DNA of 64,000 bases. It comes from Mobula hypostoma. Lineage: Eukaryota. This document shows positions 12,991-26,084 of this stretch, one piece after another. Position 1 is the first letter of the stretch; each line of letters opens with the position of its first letter. The notes below the pieces were generated by a model, which saw nothing but the letters and a program-made list of their open reading frames with translations, had not been told where the DNA came from and did not search any database. A program made the translations under genes and the position numbers. The stretch is from NCBI RefSeq assembly GCF_963921235.1, contig NC_086104.1, forward strand, positions 64,294,001 through 64,358,000, read 5' to 3'.

Positions 12991-14053
12991 TATGCTGATG
13001 ATCAGATGTTATCACAACACTTGGCTGCCCAGTGTTTTGCCTGCTTTTCCTTTACCAGTCATAATGTTACTTTACTCAAGCAGGTCTGAGAACCACTAAA
13101 TTATCAACCTAATCAAATTCCTTTTCAGCACTCCACAGACTTAGAGGATGGTAAATTCATTACTTTCAAGAGAGCATATCAAGAACAGGAGTGCTGAGGT
13201 ATAGAAAGTAAATACTTGCAGAACTAAATTAAGCACAATATTTAAATATTGTTAATTTTGAGGACTTCAAGTAATGCCAAATACTATATCTTCTTCTGCT
13301 GCTAAGGGCACCGTTAAAGCTCATGGGAACTTTCACCAGCTGATTAATTGACAAAATGGCTTTGACTTGTTGAGGAGCTGGCAGTGGTTATATGAGTAGA
13401 AATTGACATATTGTTAATGGTTTCTTCTGTTCTCTATTTGCGTATGAGAATTATGCTGTTTCCAGGAGAAATCAAAGAGGGCAGGGAAAAAAAGTTAGGA
13501 GATAAAAAATGCCTTTACCCTACATAAAGAGAGGGAAAGCTTGTTTAATAGTAATTTGGACTTCAAATATCAAAAAGGTTCATCAAATGCTATATACATT
13601 TCTTATAAGTTAGCCTGTCATTCAGTCAAGCATTTTGAAATTTTTTAGTCATTACTACAAAATCGAAGGAAAAGAAGTACAATATTAATGTGAGAGAATC
13701 TAACATGACCATCAGAAAGCTAATGCCTTCAGAAGACAGATTCACGTCAGGGACTCACATCAACATATGCAAATTTAGAAAAAAATTTGCAACTTCATGC
13801 TCTGGAAGTATACATTTACAATTGTTCCCAATGGGCAGAGACACAGTTGTTTTACCTGTTACTCTTTATGGTGGGTTGTCCTAAAATAACTACTTTATGG
13901 AAAGGAAAATGTGCATGGAAACTCAGAGAACAGTGGAAAGAACTTTGAATTATAAGTAATCTTTGCCACATGTCACAAGCTCAGAAAAAATGAATAATAA
14001 GCAAAAGTCTTATTTTTTCTCATTTTATGGCACTCATTGGCAACCCCAAACAC

Positions 14054-15921
14054 TTTTTTAGATTATGAGAACACTCAGTCCTCTTTTATTGTCATTTAGA
14101 AATGCATACATGCATTAAGAAATGATACAATGTTTCTCCGGAGTGATATCACAGAAAACAGGACAGAGCAAAGACTAACACTGACAGAACCACATAATTA
14201 TAACATACTTTACTTTATACTTCATTGTCACCAAACAATTGATACTAGAACGTACAAACATCACAGCGATATTTGTTTCTGCACTTACTGCTCCCTGGAT
14301 TACAAATATTAACTATTAAAAATATTAAAAATAGTAAAAATTAGTAAATATTAAAAAATTAAATTATAAAACATAAATAGAAAATAGAAAAATGGAAAGT
14401 AAGGTAGTGCAAAAAAACCGAGAGGCAGGTCCAGATATTTGAAGGGTACGGCCCAGATCCGGGTCAGGATCCGTTCAGCAGTCTTATCACAGTTGGAAAG
14501 AAGCTGTTCCCAAATCTGGTCGTACGAGTCTTCAAGCTCCTGAGCCTTCTCCCAAAGGGAAGAGGGACGAAAAGTGTGTTGGCTGGGTGGGTCGTGTCCT
14601 TGATTATCCTGGCAGCACTGCTCCGACAGCATGCGGTGTAAAGTGAGTCCAAGGACGGAAGATTGGTTTGTGTGATGTGCTGCGCCATGTTCATGATCTT
14701 CTGCAGCTTCTTTTGGTCTTGGACAGGACAACTTCCATGCCAGGTTGTGATGCACCCGAGAAGAATGCTTTCTACGGTGCATCTATAAAAATGAGTGAGG
14801 GTTTTAGGGGACAGGTCAAATTTCTTTAGTTTTCTCAGGAAGTAAAGGCACTGGTGGGCCTTCTTGGCGGTGAACTCTGCTTGGTTGGAACAAGTCAGGT
14901 CATTTGTGATATTGACCCCGAGGAACTTAAAGCTTTTGACCTGTTCCACTTGCGCACCACCGATGTAAATTGGGTTGTGCGATCTGTTACTCCTTCTGAA
15001 GTCAACAACCAATTCCTTCGTCTTGCTGACATTGAGGGATAGGTTATTGTCTTCGCACCATGCCACCAGGTTCTTAATTTCCTCTCTGTACTCAAACTCA
15101 TCATTACCCGAGATACGGCCTACAATTGTTGTGTCATCAGCAAACTTATATATTGAGTTTGATGGAAACTTGGCTACACAATCATGGATGTACAGTGAGT
15201 GCAGCAGGGGGCTGAGTACACAGCCTTGTGGGGCACCGATGCTCAGAGTGATTGTAGAGGAGAGCTTGTCCCCTATTTTTACAGCCTGGGTCCTGTCTGT
15301 GAGGAAGTTGAAGATCCAGCTGTTGATCTGAGTGCTAAGGCCCAGGTTCCGGAGCTTAGGAATCAGCTTATTTGGAATGATGGTGTAGTTACAACAGTGC
15401 AAAGCAATACCATAATTTGATGAAGAACAAACAAGGTCTCAAAAGTCCCCAAGTCGATCGACTCCCGAGTCCCCAATTGTGGCTGCAAAAGGGAGAAACT
15501 CTCTGCCATAAACCTCCAGGCACCGTCAACTTGCCAATGCCTTGGAAGCAGCCGACCACAGCCGACACTGAGTCCATCCATCCGAAAACTTTGAGCTTCC
15601 GACCAGCCTCTCCAATACAGCCTCCTGAACACCATCCTCTGCCAAGCGCCTTCGACATCACCCCAGCCGCTGAAACACGCAAAGCCAAGGATTTCGGGGC
15701 CTTCTGCTCCGGAGATTCCGGTTACCACACAGTAGCAGCAGCAGCGAAGCAGGCATTTCAAAAGTTCAAAAGTTTCAAAAGTTTTCCAGATGTTCCTCCA
15801 TACTCCCAAGTCTGTGTCCATCAAATCAGGATTGTGCACGGTCCCCTACTTGACAGATAACAGACATCACCACCAAAGTGGCCGCGCGCACTGCCGTCGC
15901 GCCGCCATCTTCTCCTCCTCC
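14054..15921 (-). mobile_element. ~690 bp non-coding retroposon, copy 1, split by a Rex1 insertion (parts 14054-14207 and 15386-15921)
   Basis: Colinear with the copy at 18776-19377. On minus it starts GAGAAGATGGCGGCG and ends ...TGACAATAAAAGAGGACTGAGTGTTCTCATAATCT(A)n. Confidence 0.8.
14208..15385 (-). mobile_element. Young 5'-truncated Rex1/Babar LINE (open RT C-terminal ORF)
   Basis: ORF 15402-14464 has ~305 aa with no stop: [49 protein letters not shown]. Tail is (taaag)-like repeats. Confidence 0.92.
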
Positions 15922-16874
15922 ATCGAATACCGAATACTTGACACAAATGAGTCACTTTGTTCTATTTGTCATTTGATTCCACTTATAACATTGTCATTTC
16001 TCAGAGTGAAGATTGTGGATTCAACTCCCACTTTAATATAATGCTGCCCTGTAAAACTGTTGTTCTTAAAATTAAAAGGTAAACTGAAGTTTCCCATGTG
16101 TTTAGAATAGTAATAAACTCTAAAGTGCAGCCCAATCAAATGTAGTTCACCTTTGCAAAATTAGCCTAAAATGTTCTGAATGAACTGGCTCCAGAACTGC
16201 ATGGTTCATGATTCTATCTGCTTTACTCTTTGTTGCTCCTCAATAGCTGGACATGTATATCATCATATCTAATAAAGCTTATTTATCTCTCCCATAATAA
16301 TTTGTAAACAATGTAGTACAATTCATAATGTGCTGATGTCACTCAGTTTTTTTTCTGTGCAATATTTATCTCTTTGTCCTCACAAATGTAGTAATGTTTG
16401 GGACTTTACCGAAGTCATATTGTACTCTCTGAGCTCATTCCTCTTGCCCTGGTTTGATCGTAAATCTTACCATATGTCCTGAATAGCATTTTTCTATCAA
16501 TTAATGGGATCATGGGAAAGTTAACTGGGCATTAATTGTTTGAAAGAAGAAATAACAGTGGCTGGAGTTCAAAGTAACTCATTGTTTGACCAAAGTGATA
16601 CAGATCTGTACATTTGCAATGTGTTCCTGTTTATCGAAGGAATCAATTGCAATTGCAGGCAATTCTTCAGGAATGCAGAAAAAAGGCATTGCATGAATAT
16701 GTCCACAATGGCTTTTATTCCTTAATTATATTCTGTTTTTAAAAAATACATCTTTTAAAATGTTGCAGTCACTTTATTCTGTCTGCTAATTTCTCTCTCC
16801 AGTACCACACAGTATTTTTGCATTAGCCTGACCTGCTAAATTGATACAAGATGCTGATTCTTGTTTTGGCTACT

Positions 16875-17215
16875 CATAAAGTCATTCAGCAGAGAAACAG
16901 GCTCTATAATCTCTGAGTTTGTAATGACCATCAGCCACCCATTTACAAACCTGACACTAATTCCATTTTTATTCTCCCTAGATTCCCACCAATTATCTCA
17001 GGATTCCAACACTCAGCTACACATTAAGTTAATTCACAGTGGGCGGTTAACCTACCAACCTGTGTATCTTTGGGATTTGGGAGGAAACCAGAGCACCTGG
17101 GGAAAACTTATGTTAGGGCTACAAGAAAATCTACACACACAGCAAAGAGTGTCGGACTGAACCAGAATCACTGGAGCTATAATGCAGCATCTCTACTAGC
17201 AGTCGTACTGTGCAG
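16875..17215 (-). mobile_element. Degraded V-SINE/HE1-like SINE
   Basis: Core tttgggatttgggaggaaaccagagcacctggggaaaac. Similar remnants near 36100-36250 and 63830-64000. Confidence 0.55.
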
Positions 17216-17569
17216 GCCCAAAACCTGCTTTAATCCCATTCAGTTTGCTGTCTTTCATGTCTTCTCACAATTTTCCTCACTACAAGCTAGTTTTTCCACA
17301 CGTGTTTAGTTTGCCTGAATAAACAAATTTACATGTCAGTGTCTCAAATGGAAACTAATTCTGCAAAAGGCACAGAGCAATTCAGTCAAATACGTAGTTG
17401 GATGAGTCAAATCATGAAGACATTGAAGTACTCCCTTGATCCATTTGTCCTGAGGCTTCATGTTCTTTAAGATTCGGATATGAGATGAAATCCTAATAAT
17501 GTAAAATACTTTACTTTTTAATAGAGTTGCCATATTCAAATGACTCCAGTAGTCTTGACAGAGTGAAGT

Positions 17570-18510
17570 AAGCCCCCTCCTTTACTCTCTGTATACCCAT
17601 GACTGTGTCACCACCCACAGCTCCAATATGCTCATTAAATTTGCTGACTACTCTACACAGATTGGCCTAATCTCAAATAATAATGAGGCAGCCTACAGAG
17701 AGGACGTCATCACCCTGACACAGTGGTGTCAAGAAAACAACCTCTCCCTCAATGTCGCAAAAACAAAGGAGTTGTTTGTGGCCTACAGGAGGAATGGAGA
17801 CAGGCTAACCCCTATTGACATCAATGGATCTGGGGTTGAGAGGGTGAACAGCTTTAAATTCTTTGGCATAAACATCATTGAGGATCTCACGTGATCTGTA
17901 CATACTGGCTGAGTGGTGAAAAAAGCACAACAGTGCCTCTTTCACCTCAGATGATTGAAGAAGTTTGGTATGGGCCCCCAAATCATAAGAACTTTCTATA
18001 GAAGCACAACTGAGAGCATCCTGACTGGCTACATCACTGCCTGGTATGGGAAATGTACTTCCCTTAATCACAGAACTCTGCAGAGAGTGGTGCGGACAGC
18101 CCAGTGCATCTGTAGATATGAACTTCCCACTATTTGGGACATTTACAGTGATAGGTGTGTAAAAAGGGCCCAAAGGACTATTGGGGACCAAAGTCACCCC
18201 AACCACAAACTGTTCTAGCTGCTACCATCCGGAAAACAGTACCACAGCATAAAAGCCAGGACCAACAGGCTCCGGGACAGCTTCTTCCACCAGGCCATCT
18301 GACTGCTTAATTCATGCTGACACAACTATATTTCTATGTTATATTGACTGTTCATAGTTAACCATCTTGTTACTGTCCTGTTGTACATACTATTTATTAT
18401 AAATTACTACAATTTGTACTTTGCACATTTAGATGGAGATGTAATGTAAAGATTTTTATTCCTCATGTATATGAAGGATGTAAGTAATAAAGTCATTTCA
18501 ATTCACTTCA
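17570..18510 (+). mobile_element. Rex1/Babar LINE 3' fragment
   Basis: LIKFADY...WCQENNLSLNVAKTKEL, TFYRSTTESILTGYITAWYG; tail aataaagtcatttcaattca. Confidence 0.88.
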
Positions 18511-18775
18511 ATACTTAACATGATCACATATTGGCATTGCAGATCAATTTGTTTACTAGCTTCTGAGAATAAATATTTCTTTAAGAATATTGGTTGAAAA
18601 CAATATCAGAGTATTAACAAGAACGGAACTGATTTTCAAATATTTCAGTGTTAAATGGCCCTAGAATTCACTCCAGCAGCCTAGTGTTAATTAATGCAAT
18701 TCGTCAATTATAATGATGAGAACAAGATAGATATTGCTCTAGGGAGAAGATACTTTGATTTTCCAGTTTAAAAAC

Positions 18776-19377
18776 TTTTTTTTAAATTATGAGGACGCTC
18801 CGTCCTCGTTTATTGTCATTTAGAAATGCATGCATTAAGAAATGATACAATGTTCCTCCAGAGTGATACACAAAAAAAGCGGGACAAACCAAAGACTAAC
18901 ACTGACAAGGCCACATAATTATAACATATAGTTACAGCAGTGCAAAGCAATATCATAATTTGACAAAGAGTAGACTATGGGTACAGTAAAAGTCTCAAAG
19001 TTCCGATCGACTCTCGATAGTCCCGATAGCAGGCGGCAAAAGGGAGAAACTCTCCCTGCCATAAACCTCCAGACGCCGACAACTATCAATGCATTGGAAG
19101 CACCCAACTACTGCTGACTCTGAGTCTGTCTGAAAACTTCGAGCCTCTGACCAGCCATCCGACACCGAGCACCATCTCTGCCGAGCGCTTCGACCCCGCC
19201 CCAGCCGCTGAGCAACAAGCAAAGCCAAGGACTTGGGGCCTTCTCCTCCGGAGATTCTGGATCACACAGCAGCAGCAGCAGCGAAGAAGGCATTTCAAAA
19301 GTTTCTCCAGATGTTCCTCTGTGCTCTCACGTCTGTCTCCATCAAACCAGGATTGTGCACGGCACCCTACTTGACAG
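18776..19377 (-). mobile_element. Non-coding retroposon, copy 2 (uninterrupted, 5'-truncated)
   Basis: High similarity to 14054-14207 plus 15386-15855, with the empty junction ataacata|tagttac. Confidence 0.8.
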
Positions 19378-19414
19378 TATTCTGGAGTTATATCACTATC
19401 ACAGATATTATTTC

Positions 19415-20635
19415 ATAAGAAACAGTCTTCAATTTTTAATGTAAATTGTCCCCCCTCACTCTTCTGAATATCTGTGAGTACAGGGCCAGAGTTATCAAAT
19501 GCTCCTGATATGATAAGACTTTCAATCCCAGAATCATTTTTGTGAACCTTCTTTGAACCCTCTCCAATGTCAGCGCATCCTTTCTCTGAGAAGAGGCCCA
19601 AAGCTGCTCACAGTACTTCAAGTGAAACCTCACCAGTGCCTTATAAAACCTCAATATTACATCCTTCTTCACCACCGACTCAAACTGAAAATTAACCTTT
19701 AGAGAATCCTGCACAAGGACTCCCAATTCTCTTTGCACCTCAAATTTTTGAAATTTTCTCACCATTTAGAAAATAGACTGCACTTTAATTTCTTCTAACA
19801 AACTGTATGACTATACACTTCCCGACATCGTATTCCATCTGTCACTTCTTTGCTCATTCTCATAATTTGTCTAAGCCTTTCTGTCACTTCTCTGCTTCCA
19901 CAACATTACCTGCCCCTCCAGCTATCTTCATATCATCCACAAACTTGGCCATAAAGCCATCAATTCCATCATCCAAATTATTAACATATAATGTAAAAGA
20001 AGTGATCCCAACACAGACCCTTGTGGAACACCACTAGACACTGGTAGCCAACCAGAAAAAAGCTCCCTTTATTCCCACTTTTTGTCTTGCCAATCAGCCA
20101 ATGCTTTATCTATGCTTGTACCTTTCTTGTAAAACCATGGACTTTTAACTTGTTAAGCAGCCTCATGTGTGGCACCTCGTCAAAGGCCTTCTGAAAATCA
20201 AAGTACACAACATCCACTGATTCTCGTTTGTCTATCCTGCTACATACATCAAAGTTGCTGGTGAACGCAGCAGGCCAAGCAGCATCTATAGGAAGAGGCG
20301 CAGTCGACATTTCAGGCCGAGACCCTTCGTCAGGACTAACTGAAGGAAGAGTGTTGTTTCTTCAAGAATTCTAACAGATTTGTCAGCCAAGGTTTTCACT
20401 TAAAGAACCCATGCTGACTTTGGCTTATTTTATCACGTGCCTCCAAGTAGCCTGGAAACACATCCTTAACAATTGACTCCAACATATTCCCAACCAACTG
20501 GGTCAGATCAACTGGCATATAATTTCCTTTCTTCTGCCTCTCTCCCTTCTTGAAGAGTGGAGTGACATTTGCAATTCTCCATTCCTCCAAAACCATGCCA
20601 GAATCCATGATTCTTAAAAGATAATTACTAATACA
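19415..20635 (-). mobile_element. CR1 LINE RT fragment
   Basis: WRIANVTPLFKKG, VDVVYFDFQKAFDEVPH, LRFYKALVRFHLKYC. Confidence 0.88.
20241..20352 (-). mobile_element. Penelope terminal fragment with hammerhead motif (20302-20337), inserted in a CR1
   Basis: Near-identical to 3663-3775. Minus strand reads agtc CTGACGA agggtctcggcct GAAAT GTC gact. Confidence 0.8.
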
Positions 20636-20969
20636 TGAACTTGCGTGAAGCATAATGAAAATATTTTGTAAAACTTGAGGAATCTATAACACAAGGCTGA
20701 ATGCATATTAAACATTAAAATCAGCATGCGACTACAAAAGCTATGATCAATGGACCATATCAAAGTTCACTGACCCTACCGCATATTTCTTAATTATTCA
20801 CTCACAGGAAAAAATATTAAGATAGTTGGCAAAAGCAGGACTTATCATCGATTCTGATTTACTCCTGAATAATCAGAGGGATTCATGGGTTGAGAGTCTT
20901 ACAGAGGTCAGGCAGGATATGCATGACATATTACTGCTTAAGTGATTACTGTCAAACAGCAGTGAAGTG

Positions 20970-21400
20970 GAATCATTTCTCTAACCTCTCCTTTTCTTCC
21001 CTACCCCACACGTCCATATTCATTACCCCTCCCCGCCCTCTTAATTTCCCAACATTAATCTCTCTTCACCTCCTTCCCTTTATTCCCTGGTCCACTGTCC
21101 TCTCCTATCAGGCTCAGCTCCTTGTCATCTCCACGTATCACTTCCCAGCTTCTCACGTCACTTCCACTGGATCCACCTGCCACTCGCTAGATCCGTAAGA
21201 TCATAAGGCATAGGAACAGAATAAGTCTGCTCCACCGTTCCATAATGGCCGATTAGTTATCCTTCTCAACCTCATCCTCCTACTCCACTAACTCCCTCCC
21301 CCATCCCAATTAATATAATGGCCATCTGTCCTCTTTCTTTGCAGTCCTGATGAAGGGTCTTGAAGCAAAACTTCAACTATCCATTTCCCTCCATAGATAC
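20970..21400 (+). mobile_element. Old Penelope 3' remnant with degenerate hammerhead
   Basis: Pyrimidine-rich tract ending cagtcctgatgaagggtcttgaagcaaaacttcaac...ccctccatagat. Confidence 0.6.
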
Positions 21401-24040
21401 CAGAAACATCAAATGCATTACCAGACACTGTTTGCTCTGCAGTAAACTACTTGCCAGAGTTCAGTCTGGATTCTGCCAGAATCACTAAACTCTAAACTTC
21501 ACTACAGTCTCAGCCTACACAAGGCCTTTGCCAAAGAGATTGCTTTTGAATGAGCACAGTTTCAGGAACAATTACAGTCAATGGGTCTCCACTGGCTACG
21601 GCATTTACTACAAAGAAAGATATTCATGTTTATTCAAGCCTATTCAGTCCTAGATGTCATTCGGCCAATGTCACAGAACCAACTATGTTAAATTACTCTA
21701 AGTAAAAGGCCTGGAATGGTGACATTAACTGACTATGGGTTGAAGGCAGGAAAATGGGGTTGAAAGGAATAATAAATCAGCTATGAAATGGTGGAGCAGA
21801 CTCGATGGGCCAGATGGCCAAATTCAGCTCCTATGTGTTATGGTCTTACTATATTATAACCAGTGTCATCTGTATCTCCTGAGATAATGAAACAGACAAT
21901 GGCTACACACCTTGCAGTAGTACTGCTTGGGCTGAAAAGCTGTCCGTGTTCATGTAGCTTCTTCCCCACCAATGATGCCTTTCCATTAACGGTTATTAGG
22001 ACATAGACCAAGTAAGCTTCAATTAAATAGAACATACAGTACAAATGCAAGGTTTTTCAGGCCAAACTTCCCCCTATCCATCCTTCTCTAACTCCACAGC
22101 GCAATTGTTTCTCTCCTGTGCTGCCTCTGCCTTCACAGATCTGACATTTGTTAATCAACACGGCTATTCATGCCCAGTAACTCAATTAATGTGAATCCTT
22201 TCTTCGGTTCAGAAGGAATGATAGAATCTAAAATACATGGACATGCAGCATTCACTCTGACAATCTTCACTGTAAAGGAGATATTGGTAAACACTGTTAA
22301 ATTTCCATTCATAGAAATAGGTGATTCAAAATAGAAAGTGACAAAATATGAAACTTCCATATCTGATACTAGAAAACAAGGGGACAAAATGAAAGAGGAA
22401 TTTAAAACAATGACTATCACTAGATGAAAAGAACTAGGCAGCTAATGTCCCCCACACATTCTGGTTTTTATGTTCTTTGTATTTATATTGATCTTATATT
22501 GTATCTATATTGATGTTTTGTATTCTGTGTTTTTGTTTGTTTTTTGCCATTTGTGCGATTTGTTCTTTTTATTGTACATTAGGTGTTCAGTGTTTTTAAA
22601 AGGGTTCCATCGTGCTCCTTTGTTTCACGGCTGTCCGTGGGAAGACAAATCTCAGGGTTATGTATCACATACATAACTTTGATAATAAACGTACTTTGAA
22701 CTTTGGTCTGTGTCCCAGGAATTCAAAGGAATGAGTGTAGAAATAGTTAATACACTAGTTGTAATCTTTCAAAATACTACAGATTCTAGATAGATTCCCA
22801 TGAATTGGAAAACCACAGATGTTGCAACTCTTTTCAAGAAAGGAGACAACCAAAAGCTACAGACCATATCGTCTAACATCGGTTATTGGGATAATACTAG
22901 AACCTTGGAAATAATAGCAGGACATTCAATAGTACTAGAATTAAGTAAGACAGAGCCAGAACAAATTGGTACTGGATGGTAGTTGGAGACACAGCAAATT
23001 ATTACAGCATGTCAGTCGGAATAAGAGCAAACTGGAAGTTAAAGTGATTTGGAAACAAAGGAAACTGGTGTTGTGTTTGAGTGGGAAACCAAGAAAACTC
23101 GTATTAATTGCTAGCAAAGGAAAGAGAATCAGAAACAGATTGGTCTCGTGCTGGATGGCAGTTGGTGAAGCAGTGGATGGAAGTCACTGATATGAATCAG
23201 AAAATAGATGTGAGTCAGGGACAAAATGTCCTGGCAGGGAATATGTGTAGAAAACATTGTGAGTCAGGGAAAGAGCAATCTGGTACTGGATCTGAGTCAG
23301 AAAGCGAGCAAATGGGTCATGGAAATGAATTGGGAACAGGTACCAGTTATGATTTGGGCACAAAGCAGCCCAGTATTGGATGGAAGTTGTAAACAGAGTG
23401 AACTAATATCAGATGTGAGTGAGTTACAAAGCAAACTGTGTCAGAGAGGAGTCAGTGCAGTAGAATGAACCGGAAATGCATGTGAGTTGATACAAAGCAA
23501 ACTGGTACTGTGCGTGAGTCCGAATAAGAACAGGCTCATAATCAGAGTGTACCTCTGACAGAGTGAGCAGCTACTAGGTGTGTGTCAGGGAAAAGTGAAC
23601 GATATTCTGTGAGTGAATCAGCACAGAGTGAGCTGATACTGAGTGTGAGTCAGGGAAGAGAGTGCTGGTACTGTGGTCAGAGTCAAATGGTCCTGGTGGT
23701 GAATCAGGGCAGAATGAACAGGTACTGTCTATGAGTCAGAATACGGACAAACACATGATGAAAGTGCACACAGAAAGAGTGAGCTGTTGCTGAAGATAAG
23801 ATGGGGAATGAGCAATCCAGAACTTGATAGGAGCAGGGAACATGGAACATGAGTCACAGAAGAGTGAACAGCTCTGGATGTAAGTCAGCTTGAAGCTGAT
23901 ACTTGATGCAAAGCAAAATGATGAGCACTCCAGTGATGAAATTCATTTAGGGACAGAGCAACAAGTGCTGGGTGGCAGTGAGAACCACGCAGAATGGTAC
24001 TGGAAATGAACGGAAACAGAATAGACTGCAAAGTTCTAAC

Positions 24041-24330
24041 ATTCTGGGACTGGAAAGTGTGTTGGAACGGGACAGGATGGGACCGGGGGTCAGTTGGAAT
24101 TCTGGGACTGGAAAGTGTGTTAGAACAGGACGGAATGGGACCGGGAGTGAGTTGGAATTCTGGGACTGGAAAGTGTGTTGGAACAGGACAGAATGGGACC
24201 GGGAGTGAGTTGGAATTCTGGGACTGGAAAGTGTGTTGGAACAGGACAGGATGGGACCGGGAGTGAGTTGGAATTCTGGGACTGGAAAGTGTGTTGGAAC
24301 AGGACAGGATGGGACCGGGAGTGAGTTGGA
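24041..24330. repeat. Minisatellite, 5 x 58 bp near-perfect copies
   Basis: ATTCTGGGACTGGAAAGTGTG starts at 24041, 24099, 24157, 24215 and 24273. Confidence 0.95.
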
Positions 24331-24869
24331 ATGGAACAGACAGGTATTTGAAGTGAGCTGAAACAGAATGGATGAGTGCAAATCAAAGACAGGTCAGACA
24401 GGTTCTGAATGCAAGTTGGGTCTGAGCAACAGTGGAGACTGCAGCAAAGCAAAGGTTAAAGTGCGTGCTAACCAAACAGAGCACAGACACCTGGTACAGC
24501 CTTTCTTTGTGTGGAAGCTCACTAAGGTAAGAGTCAAGGTGATAAGCTGACAGAGACAGTGTGCAGGTGTAGTGCAGTCATCCAGGGTGAATCAGAAACA
24601 GAACAAGAATAATCTGAATGTGAATATAACTTGTTGATACATATTTGTTATGAAGTGAGTTTTGGACTTGCCGGTGACATGAGTTAGCAACAGAGTAAAC
24701 TTCACTGATACCGTGAGTCAGGACAGTGCAAAACTGCGCTGAAACTGAATCGGGGCAGTTCAAGTATGTTCTAGATGTCAATCATGTGCAGTGCAAAAAC
24801 ATAATTTATGTATATCAGGGAGGGTGTAAATATGTGTTAGGTGTGAATTAGGACAGTGTAATTACGAGA

Positions 24870-25425
24870 ATCAAGATTGCTTAATGTCCGTTCTAGTACA
24901 CAAGTGTAAAGGAGAACATAATAATTGTTACTCCAGATCCGATGTAGCACAAAAAAACACTAAGATGAAGAACACAATAATAAGAAGAACACAATAAATA
25001 TAAACACATAATATAGACAGATTGTACTATATGTCCATAAACTGACATCAGGCACAGGAGTAGCTGACAGAAAATGATAAATTAGTGGCAGTGGAGGTGT
25101 GAAAGGGTGGGTTAGTGGGTGGAGGTGTTGATCAGCCTCACTGCTTAGGAAAAGTAACTGTTTATATAGCCTTCTCCCTGATAACAGTGGGACAAACAGT
25201 CCATGAGCAGGAAGGGTGGGATCTTTCATGATGTTACTGACCCTTTTCTGTAAATATGTCCTTGATGGTGGGTAGGCTGGTGCTGATGTGTTGGGCAGTT
25301 CTTACTACCCATTGTAGAGCCTTCATGTTTGCTTCAGTGCCGTTTCCATACCGAGCAGTGGTGCCGTGTTTTCGGATGCTCCCTACTGCGCATCTGTAGA
25401 ATGATGTGAGTGTAGATGTGCACAG
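24870..25425 (-). mobile_element. Rex1/Babar LINE 3' fragment
   Basis: TLTSFYRCAVGSI, ALQWVVRTAQHI, KDPTLPAHGLFVPLLSGRRL. Confidence 0.8.
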
Positions 25426-26084
25426 TGAAATATCTACCTGATATGAATTAGGGTGCGTGTAAATATGTGTTGGGTGTGAATGAGAGAGTGTGTAAATATG
25501 TAACATGTGAATTGGGGAGAGTGTAGATATGTACTACATATGCATCAGAGGCAGTACAAATATGTTCTGCTTGTGAATTAGGGAGGGTGCAAATATGAAC
25601 TGAATGCGAGTTGGAGATAGTGCAAAAACATACTAAAGGTGAATCGATGACCACAAATCTATAAGGATGTGTGTACAGGACACAGTAAACAGGTGGATGA
25701 GAATTTATGAAATGGTATTTCCATGGTGTGTATAAGTGCAAAAGACTGCTAAGTACGTATATCCATTAATTCACTCATGCTCTTATTTAACTCCATTATA
25801 AATTAAGAGGGCATTTAATCTTTAAGAAATTAAAATCAATATGTAAAATGCAGACTAAAAACTTACCAGTATTTTTCCAAAGATAAAAATAAATACATAA
25901 TTTCTGGTGTCACATTAAGGAGGAACAAACAAATAAATTTTGCCTATTTAAAAGTCAAGGATAAAAACAATAATAGGGATGTCTCCTTCTGGAGTTACTC
26001 CGTTAAGAGCCATTGGACTGGCGACCAGTTAAGTGACATTCAAAATAATGAGAGAGAAGAAAGAAGATCAGCATGGTTTAATAA

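Larger units (their letters stand above)
22940..25740. repeat. Degenerate ~30 bp-period tandem array (consensus roughly ggtactggatgtgagtcagggacagagtgaact), interrupted by a Rex1 fragment
   Basis: Recurrent ggtact/gtgagtcag/cagagtga motifs at about 30 bp spacing. A more AT-rich variant (gtgtaaatatg...tgaatt) occurs at 24780-24870 and 25425-25740. Confidence 0.7.

Noticed and set aside
14464-15402. 312-aa ORF as a host gene (such ORFs are often mislabelled ALKBH8-like)
   Set aside because: It is the RT and C-terminal domain of a Rex1/Babar LINE with a typical tail.
15363-15860. Overlapping 147-158 aa ORFs in the non-coding retroposon
   Set aside because: The frames are not preserved in the second copy (18776-19377) and show no recognisable domain; they are GC-rich chance ORFs.
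24041-24330. Regularly spaced repeats as a CRISPR array
   Set aside because: Units are contiguous with no unique spacers, there are no cas genes, and the context is a vertebrate intron. It is a minisatellite.
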